This document shows positions 33,888 through 45,580 of a stretch of DNA of 64,000 nt, piece by piece; within the stretch, counting starts at the first letter, position 1; each line of letters opens with the position of its first letter. The notes beneath the pieces were generated by a model. The model did no database searches. It saw only the letters and a program-made list of their open reading frames with translations, and was not told the DNA's origin. Made by a program: the position numbers and the translations under genes. The DNA comes from Schizochytrium sp. TIO01 (taxonomy: Eukaryota > Protista > Bigyra: Labyrinthulomycetes). The stretch spans positions 8,476,761 to 8,540,760 of the forward strand of contig SMSO01000031.1 in assembly GCA_004764695.1 (NCBI GenBank), read 5' to 3'.

Positions 33888-34756
33888 CTTCGTAGTTGGC
33901 TAAGAATGAAGCTAGTTTCTGAGCCCAAATTTAATGCAAAGACTGTAGCGCTATAAACAAAAAGAAAAGTAAAAAAATCCAATCCAATCAAACAAACCAA
34001 ATATCTAATTGTACGCAAAGCGCTCTTGATCACTCTCAATCTCTGCACCGCTCGCTGCCCTTGGTCCTCGGAAAGATTGACGTCGCTCTGTTCACTAGAG
34101 CAGCGACTTCGGGAAAGGGGTCTGCTTGCAAGCTCTCTCGCTCGAAGCATCGAGGAGGAAGTGAACGTAGGAGGCGTTTGCATTTCCAGCTGCGGAGAGC
34201 CTCGACAGCAGAAGTCGTTCACGAATCCACTCCGCAGCGACTCCAGCCCCTCAGAGGCGCAGGGACTTTCTCTGGCTGGTCGCCGGGGCTCTTCTCTGCA
34301 TTGACGTCGCAACGGTGAGAACAGTAACGAGCACAGACTCCTAGATCATTATCGACATATAGATAGATTGATCTCTGTGTAGCTTTTAAGTAGAAGGAAA
34401 TATCGATCGACTGTTGAGGTTAAAGAGATAGCTTTGCATCTTGAGCAAAGATAGACACGGATATCGAGGCACACGTTGAACTGCTCTATTGGAGTAGGGG
34501 TGATATTGTTCGGTTAACGCTGCAGACCACCCTAGTGTTCACATTAGTATTTGTAGATTGTTGATTTGTCTTATTGAGCAGGTGCTCACAGGGCTGCGCT
34601 TGGCTCATTCTGCTTGTCGCGATCTCCTCTAAACTTTCGTGAGAAGGACTTAGGCATACAGTGCTGTATCGGGGACCTTGGCTTATCCATTGTGTGCTTC
34701 CCAAACATAAAAAAAAATATCTTCACAGTGCGCAAGGGTCCAGGACAAGGAGCATT
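33888..34756. promoter_or_regulatory. Divergent promoter region between photolyase and LST8, with two TTGACGTCGC elements
   Basis: Head-to-head genes; identical 10-mer TTGACGTCGC (CRE/bZIP-like core) at 34077 and 34301. Confidence 0.4.
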
Positions 34757-35701
34757 ATGAGCTTGGCAGCGGGGGTAGTTCTAGCTACGGCAGGATATGG
34801 TGAGCACATTAATTTCTGGGATGTATCTACAGGTACGAGTACCCGAAGTGTAAATTTTGGGGATTCTCAAGTCAATGTACTTGCAGTGTCACCCGACAAA
34901 CTGCATCTAGTGGCGGGTGGAAATCCCAAGATTCGCATGTTCGAGACGAGCACAAACAATCCAAACCCTGTGACTGAATTTGAGGGCCATACGTCGAATG
35001 TTACTGCTGTTGGCTTTCAGAATAACTCGAGATGGGTCTATAGTGGCTCTGAGGATGGCACAATTAAGATATTTGATACACGGTCGGCCGGTGTACAGAG
35101 GAATTATGAAAACAAAGACAAGGTTGGTATTAATTCTGTTGCGCTACATCCAAACCAAGCGCAACTAATCTCCGCAGACCAAACAGGAACTGTTCGTGTG
35201 TGGGATCTCATTATGGACAAATGTGTCGCTCAAAGCAAGCCTGAAACAGATGACATTGCGATGCGCTCTGTTTCAGTTGCATCAAATGGTAGTATGGTAG
35301 CAGCCTGCAACAACGTCGGTCATTGCTTCCTCTGGCAAATGGAGTCACAGCAAACCTGTGCGACCCTCGGTGACCACTTGCCTTTGGCAAAGAAGATCCA
35401 CGACACTTATAGCTTAAAGTGTGTTATTAGTCCAGATCGCAAGCTTCTTGCCACGGCGTCTGCCGATCAGACAGTCAAAATCTGGCGCTTACCTGATTTT
35501 ACTCTTGACAAAATTTTAGCCAAACACCAGCGCTGGGTACACGATATTGCCTTTTCCGCAGATTCATCCTACCTCGCAAGTGCATCTTCCGATGGAAGAG
35601 CGAGGTTGTGGCAACTCAGTGATGGCGAGATGATTAGGCATTATACTGGCCATACTAAGGCCATCGTTGCGGTAGCCCTCAACGATTCAAGCCTTGACTA
35701 A
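34757..35701 (+). CDS. LST8: Target of rapamycin complex subunit LST8 (WD40)
   Basis: LATAGY..I.FW, DSQVN.L.VSPDK..L.AGGNP.IR, NPNPV..FEGHT.NVTAVGF, SGSEDGT.KI, HPNQ..LIS.DQ, HQRWV.D.AFSADS.YL; 314 aa from ATG 34757. Confidence 0.96.
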   Translation: MSLAAGVVLATAGYGEHINFWDVSTGTSTRSVNFGDSQVNVLAVSPDKLHLVAGGNPKIRMFETSTNNPNPVTEFEGHTSNVTAVGFQNNSRWVYSGSEDGTIKIFDTRSAGVQRNYENKDKVGINSVALHPNQAQLISADQTGTVRVWDLIMDKCVAQSKPETDDIAMRSVSVASNGSMVAACNNVGHCFLWQMESQQTCATLGDHLPLAKKIHDTYSLKCVISPDRKLLATASADQTVKIWRLPDFTLDKILAKHQRWVHDIAFSADSSYLASASSDGRARLWQLSDGEMIRHYTGHTKAIVAVALNDSSLD

Positions 35702-35869
35702 AGAAGGTCAGACGCGATCTGTTAGCTATGTCTATCCAGACAGAGAAAATCTTTCTTTCAGTGCTGCTTCTAGTTGTGTAAGCTCTCTCGCAGCTTTCAT
35801 GACTTCAATCCTGCTACTGGATACTATGGGATGATGTGTCCATTACCTGTTCAGCCTCTGCAAATATCT

Positions 35870-36180
35870 ATTTTAAAAGCCCTACAAAAGTGAAGCTACT
35901 TGTTTTGTGAAAGACGTCCGTATCCTCTCCGGTGTCGGATAACTTAGTATTCTGGCTCGCAAAGTTGATGATGCTCGTTCGTAGTTGATTTATGCATATA
36001 TCTTGAGCAGCTCTGGCCTCGTTGAGGTAATTCTCAAGTACATAAGCAAAGTAGACAGCATCAGCCAGAATTACTCAGAGCCCAAGTTAGTAACCAGGGA
36101 TTCTCAGAATAGTGCTCTTTTGCACAATGCAAAGGTCAAGGCTCGTGATAGCCTACGAAGCTACTGTCTAAAGGGATCTC
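35870..36180 (-). mobile_element. Decayed Ty1/copia-like integrase fragment
   Basis: Minus strand TTCTGG-CT-GATGCTGTCTACTTTGCTTATGTACTTGAGAATTACCTC gives FW(x)DAVYFAYVLENYL after a 1-bp correction (copia FWaeAv..a.yl.N motif), followed by ..FTFVG (FvGY-like). Confidence 0.45.
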
Positions 36181-36770
36181 TTCAAAGGTGCTACCTCTAG
36201 CAGCATCGACAATCCTTAACAATGAATCCCCTCTCGTAACTGTGGTCGAGAGTCTTGTGACATCTCTGTGAAATCGAAGAAATTAGTGACTGTTGTCTAT
36301 TCGGTTCAGCAAGAAATCCAAAATAGATGTTGTAGATGCGTTGTTCTGGTCAAAGCATTTTTGCTTTGATAACGTGAAGAGTCATATTGCCAACCAAGAC
36401 AAGAAAGTATCACTTGTTCTAATGAATGAAAATTTAATCAGACTTTTAAAAGCAAGAAATCCCTTTTAAAAAAGAAGATAAAGATGAGGATGAATCGGGA
36501 CACAGTGTCTTCCTTCTCTATTTTGTTGTAGTGAACGTTCACAAGATTACCTTAGCACTTTAATCGTAAAGCTAAGCAGAATTTTTCTATGGAGGTGTCT
36601 GGTTGCTCAAAAGAATCAAGGATATGAAGCCAAAGTCTTTTCTTGGTTGAAAATAGTGCGCTATGTAAAAGCTCAATGTTAATACAGACAAATCAATCGA
36701 ATTACGGAAAATTTGTGAAAGCAGAAAAGGGTTGGACACGGCTGCATGGGAACACGTTCAAAGAGCTATA

Positions 36771-37413
36771 TTAGGCCTTGAGCTTAAAGCGGTTCAAGGG
36801 GGTCTCCTTTTTAATGTCATCCTCTACGAGCTCATCCTGTGCTGCGGCGACACGGAGAACCTCACGCTTGCTCGTCTCTTGCAGCTCACCACCGAGCAAA
36901 ATCTCGTCGAGAATATGGTAGCATCTGTTAAAGTTGAAAATCACATCTAGCTCGCAGACATTACCGAAATATCTGTCAAGAATTTCCACGTAGAGGTGGA
37001 TCTGTTCGAGCTGAAGTAGCTCGTTTGATTTGTTGTCAATCACAGTAATGAAGTAAAGGCTCTGTAATTTGAAACATGTGTCAAAGTTAGTTAGTTTGCA
37101 TGAAAGTTGAAGATAAATCGTTATGCAGCGAGGCATGTAGCGAGGTGTTACCACGCATATAGCAAGGTTTGTCGTCGTTCATTTTACCATGATTCAACAA
37201 TATCTTCTTCATATAACTTACAGCGTATCGCTTGTACACAATGGTTCCATTGCGCCAGGCGAGGAAATTGCAAAGTTTGTTTGGTCTGCTGAGTACCATG
37301 GAGGAGATCTCGCGCACGATGCGGGTTTTCTCCTTCTTCTCATACGCCTTGTAGAACTTGGTCAGGCGCACCTTGCCCTGCCGGCTCACAAGAAGCATGA
37401 CCTCCACGCCCAT
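36771..37413 (-). CDS. AP1S: AP-1 adaptor complex sigma subunit, two exons (37413-37222, 37061-36771), 160 aa
   Basis: [28 protein letters not shown]|SLYF across the splice, [29 protein letters not shown]. Splicing reconciles the two track ORFs. Confidence 0.93.
37062..37221 (-). other. Spliceosomal intron, 160 bp, phase 0
   Basis: Donor GCT|GTAAGT, branch-like ACTAACTAAC, acceptor TTACAG|AGC; removing it restores the conserved KRYASLYF. Confidence 0.93.
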
Positions 37414-38203
37414 GGTTGCCTATATTGCCAAGTGAACGAGCCCGCAACCAGGTAAATAAGCCAGTCTATACCAAGAGGTCCTTGCAAGCCTACTAACCCT
37501 CTTCGGGCCGCGCTCCCGCTCGAACCTAGCGCGCGAGAGACAGTCTGGCGCCGCAATTGATCTTTGCTGCAGCTCCAAACTATGGCTGCTGCCAGGCAAA
37601 TACTCTACTTGCGGATTTCCACACTATACAACTTTAATGTTATAGGTACTTTAACAATCCGGATACTGTACTTGCATTGGCTCTATAACGCATTACATCG
37701 CCTAGTTTACTTTACTTCACTTTAAACCCTTTGCCTTTACTGTAACTATACAAATAACCTACTTTAGACCATGTGATAGTCTATAGTAGAAAGCGGAGCT
37801 TCAGTCTTAAGTTAATATTTCTTTCTTCTATCTATCACCTAAAAGGTGCCATGCTCATAAAAGTTCTAAATGTTCTAGCGCAAGACAAAAGACCTATTCT
37901 AGGGGACCGTTGGGCCACTTTAATCGAGAGTCCAAGTGGTTAGGAGTTGATAGGTAGAGCTAAGAGCAGATGGGTGTACACAATATGGCATTTGCAATTG
38001 AGGTCTTGCGAGAACTAAACTTGTTTCGAGTTCCTACGGAAATCGCGCGAGTGCAAGCACGGTGAGGTTTGCTGTGTTTGCAGAGAGGGAACAAACATAC
38101 GCGGGTTCTGTGGCACTGGCCTTTGGCTGTGTAACACCGAGGACATCGGCTGTAATAAGGGGGAGGTGAACTCGTAAGACCCCAAAAGACGTGAGCCCGC
38201 AAG

Positions 38204-39949
38204 ATGGACGGCTTTTCAAGACCAGCAAGCCGCGGAACTATGTCGCGGAGTGGATTGAGGACGGCATCTCTTCGAACGGGAAATGCAAATGCGGTAAACT
38301 ACCAGGGCGTTGGACTTAACACAAATGTAAACGTGGCTGATCGACCTGTTACCCAACATGGCATGGGTGGCATGCGCGTAGGCACGGCCGGGCCAAAGCG
38401 GCAAGTACAGGATACCTCGTATTACATCTCTCTGCTCCGTAACAAGTGTACAGAAATCAGTGCCGAGGTGAAAAAACTGAAGAAGGAGAATGATCGATTC
38501 CAAGCTGACAACAACAGCTATGTTAAGTATGAGCGCCAATACGAGGACTTGATCAAGGTGGTACGAAACCTTGAGGGGAACCTTGCAGACTATAACCTGG
38601 CCATGGATAAAGCACGAGATAGCACTGATCCTGATGATGTGCGTGCGTACCAACAGCAACTGGCGCACCGGAACAAACAAGAAAAACACCAAGTAGATGC
38701 CATTTTTATGGAGAGACAAAACTGTGAGAACGCCATCCGCTCTTTCGAGGAGAAGATGGATAAGATGCGTAAAATGGAGGAATACAAAGTTAGCCAATTA
38801 AGTGAGCACGACCGCGCACGCTACATGCAGCTCGCACAGGAGAATCAGCACCTGAACCATGCTCTCGAAAGCCGACGAAATGAACTTGAGAGCGTGCTCA
38901 AGCGTGTTCGTCAGGGCGAGGCAGCCTTGGAAAACGATCACTTGAGGGAAGATCACAAGTCCCTCTCTAGACAGCTAGATAGCTTGCGGCAGGAAAAAGA
39001 AAATCTTGAAACCGAGCTAGAAACAAGCAAGTTATCTCCAGAGGAAGCACGAGCTCGGCTACTAGAGAAAGTGAAAGATGACAACCAAAAGATCCAAGAA
39101 CTGGGCAAGCAGATCGATGATGCTGAAGAAGAGTGCCGGGAAAAACGGAGGCAAATTAACGAAGTACAGAGCGAGGTGGACGAACGTCGTGGTGGAACAG
39201 GGGGCGCCGCTGGGGATGCACAGAAATATGCAGCATTAGAAGAGCGTGACAAGGAGATGACTCGTTTTCTTGAAACCTTTGAGGAGCAAATGGTGCAAGA
39301 GTTAGAAGAACAGAAACGCGCCCAGAAAATGATTGTTGGTCTTCTCGAGCACACTTCGCGCCATCTCGCACACAGCGAAAATCTCCCAAGTGAAGAACAG
39401 TACACAGAAATGAAAGACACACTTACCTTTAAGAAGAAGCAGCTGGAGAGTAGCGCTTCTACCATGGAGCAGCTTGAAAAGGAGCTCGAGAAGCGACGCG
39501 GTGAGCTAGAGAAAATTAATACTTTAGATGAAAAAATCGAAGTCGAGCTAAAGTCGCTTACGGAGCGCATTGAGACTATGAAAAACGAGATGACTCAATT
39601 TGTAAAAATCGACGAAATGCGTACACAAGCAGAGTACACCCGAAGTGAGCTCGAAGCGTTGTCTCAAGATTACAAGAAGCGCCGCAGCAACATGCGCTCA
39701 CAAGTATCGCTTGTGAAACAAAAGCATGACAAGCGGAAGGCGATGCTGACTGATAACGAGACTGCGCGTATGCTGGAGGGCTTGGAGCAAAAGTTACGAA
39801 GCCATGAACAAAATATTTACCATCTGAATGAATTTATCATTGAGAAGGAGCTCGAAACAAACTTCCAGTCAGAGCGCGAAGAGTGCGGACGCATTATTGA
39901 TGACTTGAATGCATTTCATATTGAGCAAGCTGCTCACCAGGCCTTCTAA
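38204..39949 (+). CDS. IFT74: Intraflagellar transport protein 74
   Basis: Basic N-terminus, VADRPVTQHGMGGM..GPKRQVQDTSYY..LLR.K, L.G.LADYNL..DK, long coiled coil, LE.LEQKL...EQNIY.L.EFI..K..ETN. Confidence 0.95.
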   Translation: MDGFSRPASRGTMSRSGLRTASLRTGNANAVNYQGVGLNTNVNVADRPVTQHGMGGMRVGTAGPKRQVQDTSYYISLLRNKCTEISAEVKKLKKENDRFQADNNSYVKYERQYEDLIKVVRNLEGNLADYNLAMDKARDSTDPDDVRAYQQQLAHRNKQEKHQVDAIFMERQNCENAIRSFEEKMDKMRKMEEYKVSQLSEHDRARYMQLAQENQHLNHALESRRNELESVLKRVRQGEAALENDHLREDHKSLSRQLDSLRQEKENLETELETSKLSPEEARARLLEKVKDDNQKIQELGKQIDDAEEECREKRRQINEVQSEVDERRGGTGGAAGDAQKYAALEERDKEMTRFLETFEEQMVQELEEQKRAQKMIVGLLEHTSRHLAHSENLPSEEQYTEMKDTLTFKKKQLESSASTMEQLEKELEKRRGELEKINTLDEKIEVELKSLTERIETMKNEMTQFVKIDEMRTQAEYTRSELEALSQDYKKRRSNMRSQVSLVKQKHDKRKAMLTDNETARMLEGLEQKLRSHEQNIYHLNEFIIEKELETNFQSEREECGRIIDDLNAFHIEQAAHQAF

Positions 39950-40877
39950 GCCCTTCTTCTCTTAAAATCAACTTTAAAAAAAAAAAGAAATAATGCCATC
40001 ATTTGATTTGCGTGATTTTACCCTTCTTTTTACCTGGAGTATGTTTCATTCATCACTCAATGTAAATTTTAATGAATATGTTTACATTTGTATTGTTAAG
40101 TCTTACCTCGGATCTCCTGTGCAACCGTTCTGAGATATACATAGGTTTGCACTGCACAAGAAATTTGATACCAGTCTACCTGTTACACTTAGCTTTGTAG
40201 GCACTCGGTAAATAAATGCTGCGAAATGTGAGAATCTCATCACAGCCTGTCTTTACTGTAACATGCTTCTTTGTGCCATTTCTGTTCAACATAGAGAAGT
40301 TTGAGCCTTACGCGTACGTACGTGGTTAGATCGAATAACGGAGTCAAACTATGTATGTAATTATTTCTTTCCTTTTCAGCTTTTCCGTTGATTACGAAAA
40401 TAAGTAGGCAAATTATATTAATACGAGGCGGTTAAAGGCTTGCAGCCCAATCTAGTTTATGCGATATTTAAAAAATCAATTAAACCAATAAGGTGCAAAA
40501 GTTGTAGTGTACGATGAAGGAGGGGTCGCAGTAAGTTGGTCATTCATGCACTTTCTTCGAAAGTACTTCCAATTTCAAAGTATTTACTATAAGTGGTTTC
40601 TACTCACCTCAAGATCTAGTCATATCCCATATGAAGGCTGTTCTTCACTACAACCAACCCATAAGCAAGATACACAATTTGGCTTCATTCAGAATAGTGG
40701 TTTTCACAACTGCTGAATGAGTCTTCTACCATACAGCCTATGAGTAAATGCGTCCACAAAAAAATATTTTCCCCCAACTTTAAACCGAACAATCCTCTAC
40801 GCTTACCACCAGTATTTTTATCAGAAGGCAGCAGCTTGTAGTCCTCCTGAAATGTTGACATAAGAGTTGATGCATTC

Positions 40878-41804
40878 TTAGTCTACCTTTTTCGCCAAGA
40901 CTGTTTGGTGAAGAATCGAGTCTAGAAATTCAGCCGCCGCATAAACTCCGCCTAAAATAGCACAAACGCTGGTAAGAAATTGAATCCATGAGTGGCGAAT
41001 TTGCTCCTTGTGGACTTTGATTGCAGAAAATTGAATTTGAAGAAAAAAGCCTGGCTCTTCTACGTGATTCAAAATACCAAAACTAGCCAAAGGATTATCG
41101 TCACCGATACTCTTTTTATAATAATGTGTAGAAGAGTATTGATTTGAGTGAAGTACAGGACCGCTTAGAGGGACATAGGTTGTAGGAACAATTTTGATTT
41201 GGTACTGATACTGATACATGCCATCTGACTTGGCGCCCAGCTTTCCACGAAGTGGATTTTCCATTCCGGGAAATTCTTCACCGAATTTAATGTCACGGAT
41301 GCGATGGCTAGCGTTGAAGTTTTGGAGTGATTCGTAGGATATTGATTTTGCACCACGATTGAAGTTATCTGCATTTACTGGGGATACCTGAATAAGGCCT
41401 GAGACTTTGCGGATATGAGTTGTGCCTTGCACAATGCACCCATGAACCTGAAATGGCTTGCCTTCGGCATCTTCCACTGTTGCTACAGTTGGCGTCTTTG
41501 TAAATGCACCAGATAAGTCATCCATCACTTTACTTGCTTGTTGTCCGCGATAGTGGATGTGAATTGAATCGCATTCGAGCTCAAAGAACTCAAGGTCAAG
41601 ATACAATTCAACCTTTTGTGCGCCTGGGGCTGTATCTAGCTCAAGCTTCTCGACAAGCTCCACCTCGAGGAAAAGGGCAAACTCTGAGACAAGCAAGTAT
41701 AGCATAAATGCATACGCCAGAACAGACACGACGGCTCCTGCGGTGGTCTTTTCTCTCACGCCAGAGAGCGACTTGCTAAACGCAACGTCGAACCCAGCCA
41801 GCAT
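40878..41804 (-). CDS. ERGIC/Erv41-Erv46 family COPII cargo-cycling membrane protein
   Basis: FDVAFSK..KTTAGAVVS + TM, GC.V.G....KVSG, NASHRI..I.FGEEFPG..NPL, YQYQIKIVPTTY, NQYS, FLTSVCAILGGV, C-terminal KKVD dilysine motif. ATG at 41804. Confidence 0.93.
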   Translation of the reverse strand: MLAGFDVAFSKSLSGVREKTTAGAVVSVLAYAFMLYLLVSEFALFLEVELVEKLELDTAPGAQKVELYLDLEFFELECDSIHIHYRGQQASKVMDDLSGAFTKTPTVATVEDAEGKPFQVHGCIVQGTTHIRKVSGLIQVSPVNADNFNRGAKSISYESLQNFNASHRIRDIKFGEEFPGMENPLRGKLGAKSDGMYQYQYQIKIVPTTYVPLSGPVLHSNQYSSTHYYKKSIGDDNPLASFGILNHVEEPGFFLQIQFSAIKVHKEQIRHSWIQFLTSVCAILGGVYAAAEFLDSILHQTVLAKKVD

Positions 41805-44800
41805 TGTGGTGGGAAATCTTGTTGCCAGGTACAAGTAGCAGTCTATTAGTGCCCTTGGCAGTCTTTCGATCAAAGAATATGTGCCACACGCCAGTAGCTG
41901 CTGGGGAGCGTAGACGAAGCTTTCTTTGCTTCGCAAAGAAGCCCCTGCTCTACTTCGAAGCCCCGTAACAGGGAGTGTCTACAATTGTTTGCTATGCTTT
42001 GCTTTGCAGCATTATTATTGTTTTCACTACAATGAGTCTTATATATAATATTATATAAAGTACAGAAAAAAAGCAATCAATATTAAGAGCAGATTGGATC
42101 GAGACATGGCACTCTAGGCGTTTGCATAATGGCAGGTGCCTATTGTCTTGACAAAATGTAAGGTAATCAAAAGCCTTTTATAACGAGTTTTCTTTTTCTT
42201 TCTTATTAAGATGCTAAAATATCTCGTGAACATCATGCTGAGCGGAACTTGATTCTTCACTACGCCTGAACACCGGATATTGAGTCTAACTGGGATCAAA
42301 ATTTCTATTTTCGGATAGGTAGTAGATTCTCTTCGTATGACATGAGAACTAAAATTGGCAAAGTTGTAAAGTTGTTAGGTAGTACTTCAATTTGTAGCAA
42401 TTCTTTCAATTTAACCAGGGTAGGTCTTGCTGGTAGTTTGCGTTAAATACAGAAGGTCTTGGCGTATCAGTGTCTCAAATAATCATTTGAGTGAAAATAT
42501 TAATACTTGAACCTGATCTCGAATTTCACTAGACTAAATCGACCCACTTCTTTGGCTTGGAAATAAACTTGCAGAGAGAATTGCCTTGAATGGTTTGATT
42601 GGTTTGCGGGATTGAGACGAACTTACTTTAAAGATAATCAGATGATCAAGCCTTGTAGTATGTACTGTTCAAACTATCCTAAAATTAAGGAATTTGCAAC
42701 AGGTAGATCAGAAAACAGCAATGAAAGTATTGCATCGGAGCAGAGAGGTGCGAATCGATTGGTTTAGACAATCCTTGATGAATGTCAGTAGCGTTTATCA
42801 GACCTTTGGAAAATATAAAAAACATTTTTGTTGCTAATAATCGAAATGTCTTGGTTTGAGTATTTGATGAAAAACAAGCCATGCAAGGTTTGAAATGTAG
42901 TCGCGAAAACAAAATGTACAAAAAGTTCGAAGCAAGGAAGCATCAATGCAATATGCATAAGAGTTATTTACTTGAAAACCACTCATTCTCCTTGTCAGGA
43001 GCTGTTTTATTCCATCACTCCAAAGTGAAATGAGCTCGCATGTAGCAATTGATCTCCGATTCTTAGTAGTAGTAGTAGTAGCAGTGATATTTCTTGACTA
43101 CTAGCAGGTGGCTATTATTAAACATATGCATGTTAAAACTGTACGGGTAGAAGGACATTGATTCGAAGTTACATTTTTCATTTGAGTGAGTACCAGTTTG
43201 GCAAGTAACATTATAATCAAAATAATATTTTCTTGAGGTGGGACAAAGCTGGACCAGTGCTTGCAAAGGCGACGTGCACCATTGATTTCTTGGAGGTAAC
43301 TATGAGTGCTTTAAGTTTTGCAGTGACACAGCTTGATGACGAGTTGAATTTAGGAGACACGGACCCGCGGACCCTGCAAGAAGGAATCACTCCTAAACTT
43401 GAAGCTGAACATAAAAAACAGAGACGAGTGAAAGCATCTCGAGTCGTTTATAAACAAATAGCATGGAGACTATTTGCTCTCTGCTACTATCTGGTCATAG
43501 AAAAAGGTAAAAGGGAAGACAAGGAGTCTCCCCTCTAATTTTTATCCTATGGCCTAAGCCTTCTCAAGAGAGCTCATGGTTCGCATGCGCTGCTTCTTTG
43601 CTTTATGTTTTGCTTTATGCAGCTTTCTCAAAGCTATTGCACAAACAAAAACATCCCACTATTATTAAAAACAACAACGTCTGAATACCAAGAGGATAAT
43701 ATAAACCTAAAGATTTTAAGTCACGCGCTGCACTGAGCACCAACAGAACTCAACCTTTCCTCCGCTTGAGAGTCTAGAAAATCCCCTTCCAAAGAATCAA
43801 CTTTGAGCACCATGACGACCGAACATACCCCAGATGCTGCTCTGGGAATCTTTGTGATTTTCCTGTAACTTCATTTTTCATGTTTTTAGAAAGATCCATA
43901 CACTCAGCTAGGAAAAAATAAATAAATGTTTAAAAACGAAATCAAATAAATAAATCAAATACTATACTATAATACAAATAGGCCGGACTCCGAAACTCCG
44001 AAACATATTCACTATCCTCCGCCAGAGAAGCCGTCCCTCCGGCCGTCGCGTTTGAGGAAGCCTTTGGTGTGCGCATCGTTACGGTCGTATAATAGATGGA
44101 CTCTTCCGTTCTGCACCTGAATTGGAAATCGAGGCAGGTTCGCGGCCATTTCACCTTGAAAGTTTGCAAAAAACAGAATTATCCTCAAATCAACCTATCC
44201 TACTACAGAGCTGCTGTTGCGACATATGTTTCATAAGAATGAAAAGAAAAGGCCTATATTCTTTTAAAAGCACAGTTCAGAGCAAACTAGACATAACATA
44301 TTTACGTACTTTGTTTTGGGGTTGAACGAATAGACCGGAAGCGGAAACTTGCGCCAGGAATAACGATCCTACCCGACTCGAAATCATCGATCAAAATATC
44401 GAGACGTTATCTATGATATTAATAAACAATAAGTTGGTCAAAGCTTGTTTTTATTTCTTTTTAATTAAGCTCGGTATCATTTCTATTAATTTTTAAAGAA
44501 TAAAAAATGGGAAAGAAAGAACCTTGAAGAGAAAAGAAAAGAAAGTCAAGTCTATCTTAGCCCCTTAAGTTATTGCTTTCTCGTGCATGAAAGAGAACAG
44601 CTTTGACTGAGTCGCGTGCGCTCAAACCTTCAGGGTCTCAAGTGAGCATACGACCGAAGTGAACGTCGATTTTGCATAAATGACTTGCTTACTGCTTGGG
44701 CCATGGTGAGCTTCACGGGGCTTCCTGGCCAAGCAAGCAAAACGAGTTGTTTTACGAGAGATTCGAGCTCTAATGATCTACCTTTGTGCCTTTGTGGTGA

Positions 44801-45387
44801 TGCTTACAGTGTCAGAGGTGTCCAAGGTAGTGTTGAAGAGATCATTTATGCTATAAAGTTCAAAGTCAAAAACCTGTCAATCAAGTGGGATACTTTATAA
44901 GAAAGGAGTCCTCAAAGCATACTTCGTGGTCGGTCGATCGGTCAGTCAGCCAGTCAGTCAGTCAAATATTATGAGGTACTTGATGCTTGCTTGGTTATCA
45001 TTCATTTATTTGTTTATTTGTTTGTATGTTTACTTGTTCATTTGTCTGCTTGCTTGTTTGCTTGCTCGCACAACTATCAAGAGTGAAAGCCATACTCAGA
45101 AATTGTAAGAGTGGTAATGAAGATCGAAAATATCGACTGAAAGGAGAATTTTGGTTTTGTGATGACATAATTTGACCGACCCCTCGGTCTTTCTGGAAAG
45201 GGCCCGTTCCTCGCAGCTCGGATTTCATTGGTTTCTGGCTTATTTCTGAATTGTTGTTGTTAGGGTAGTACTCATTCATGGTTGCGGGAATGTGGGTGAC
45301 ACAGAATTAGTAGGCTGACAACATGTCGGTGAGGCGACGGACGCTATATACTTTCAAGGCCTCTTCTTTCTATCCAGTGCAACTTTC

Positions 45388-45580
45388 GATGATTGCTAGT
45401 CCCCCCTTCCAAGGCAAGAGTCCGCTCGATCTGCTTCAGGTTCCAAGCATGACTCGATAATCCATCCCTCGAGCAGGTGCGCACCTCGGTCCCAGCTGGA
45501 TGCAATTAAGCGAAGCTGGCCTTCGTCTCGCCTCTTTATACGAAATATTGAGGTGCTTCATCATCCTAATTACGTAAAAA
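45388..45580 (+). pseudogene. Possible decayed protein kinase C-lobe fragment
   Basis: PPFQGKSPLDLLQ..*..LRLASL.. then (frameshift) EVLHHP, at roughly kinase subdomain IX-XI spacing. Confidence 0.25.

Noticed and set aside
38216-39570. Minus-strand ORFs of 193 and 205 aa
   Set aside because: Antisense shadows of IFT74.
43233-43538. DPRTLQEG / VKASRVVYK as the start of a copia RT
   Set aside because: Resemblance is weak and the spacing does not fit; not enough to call.
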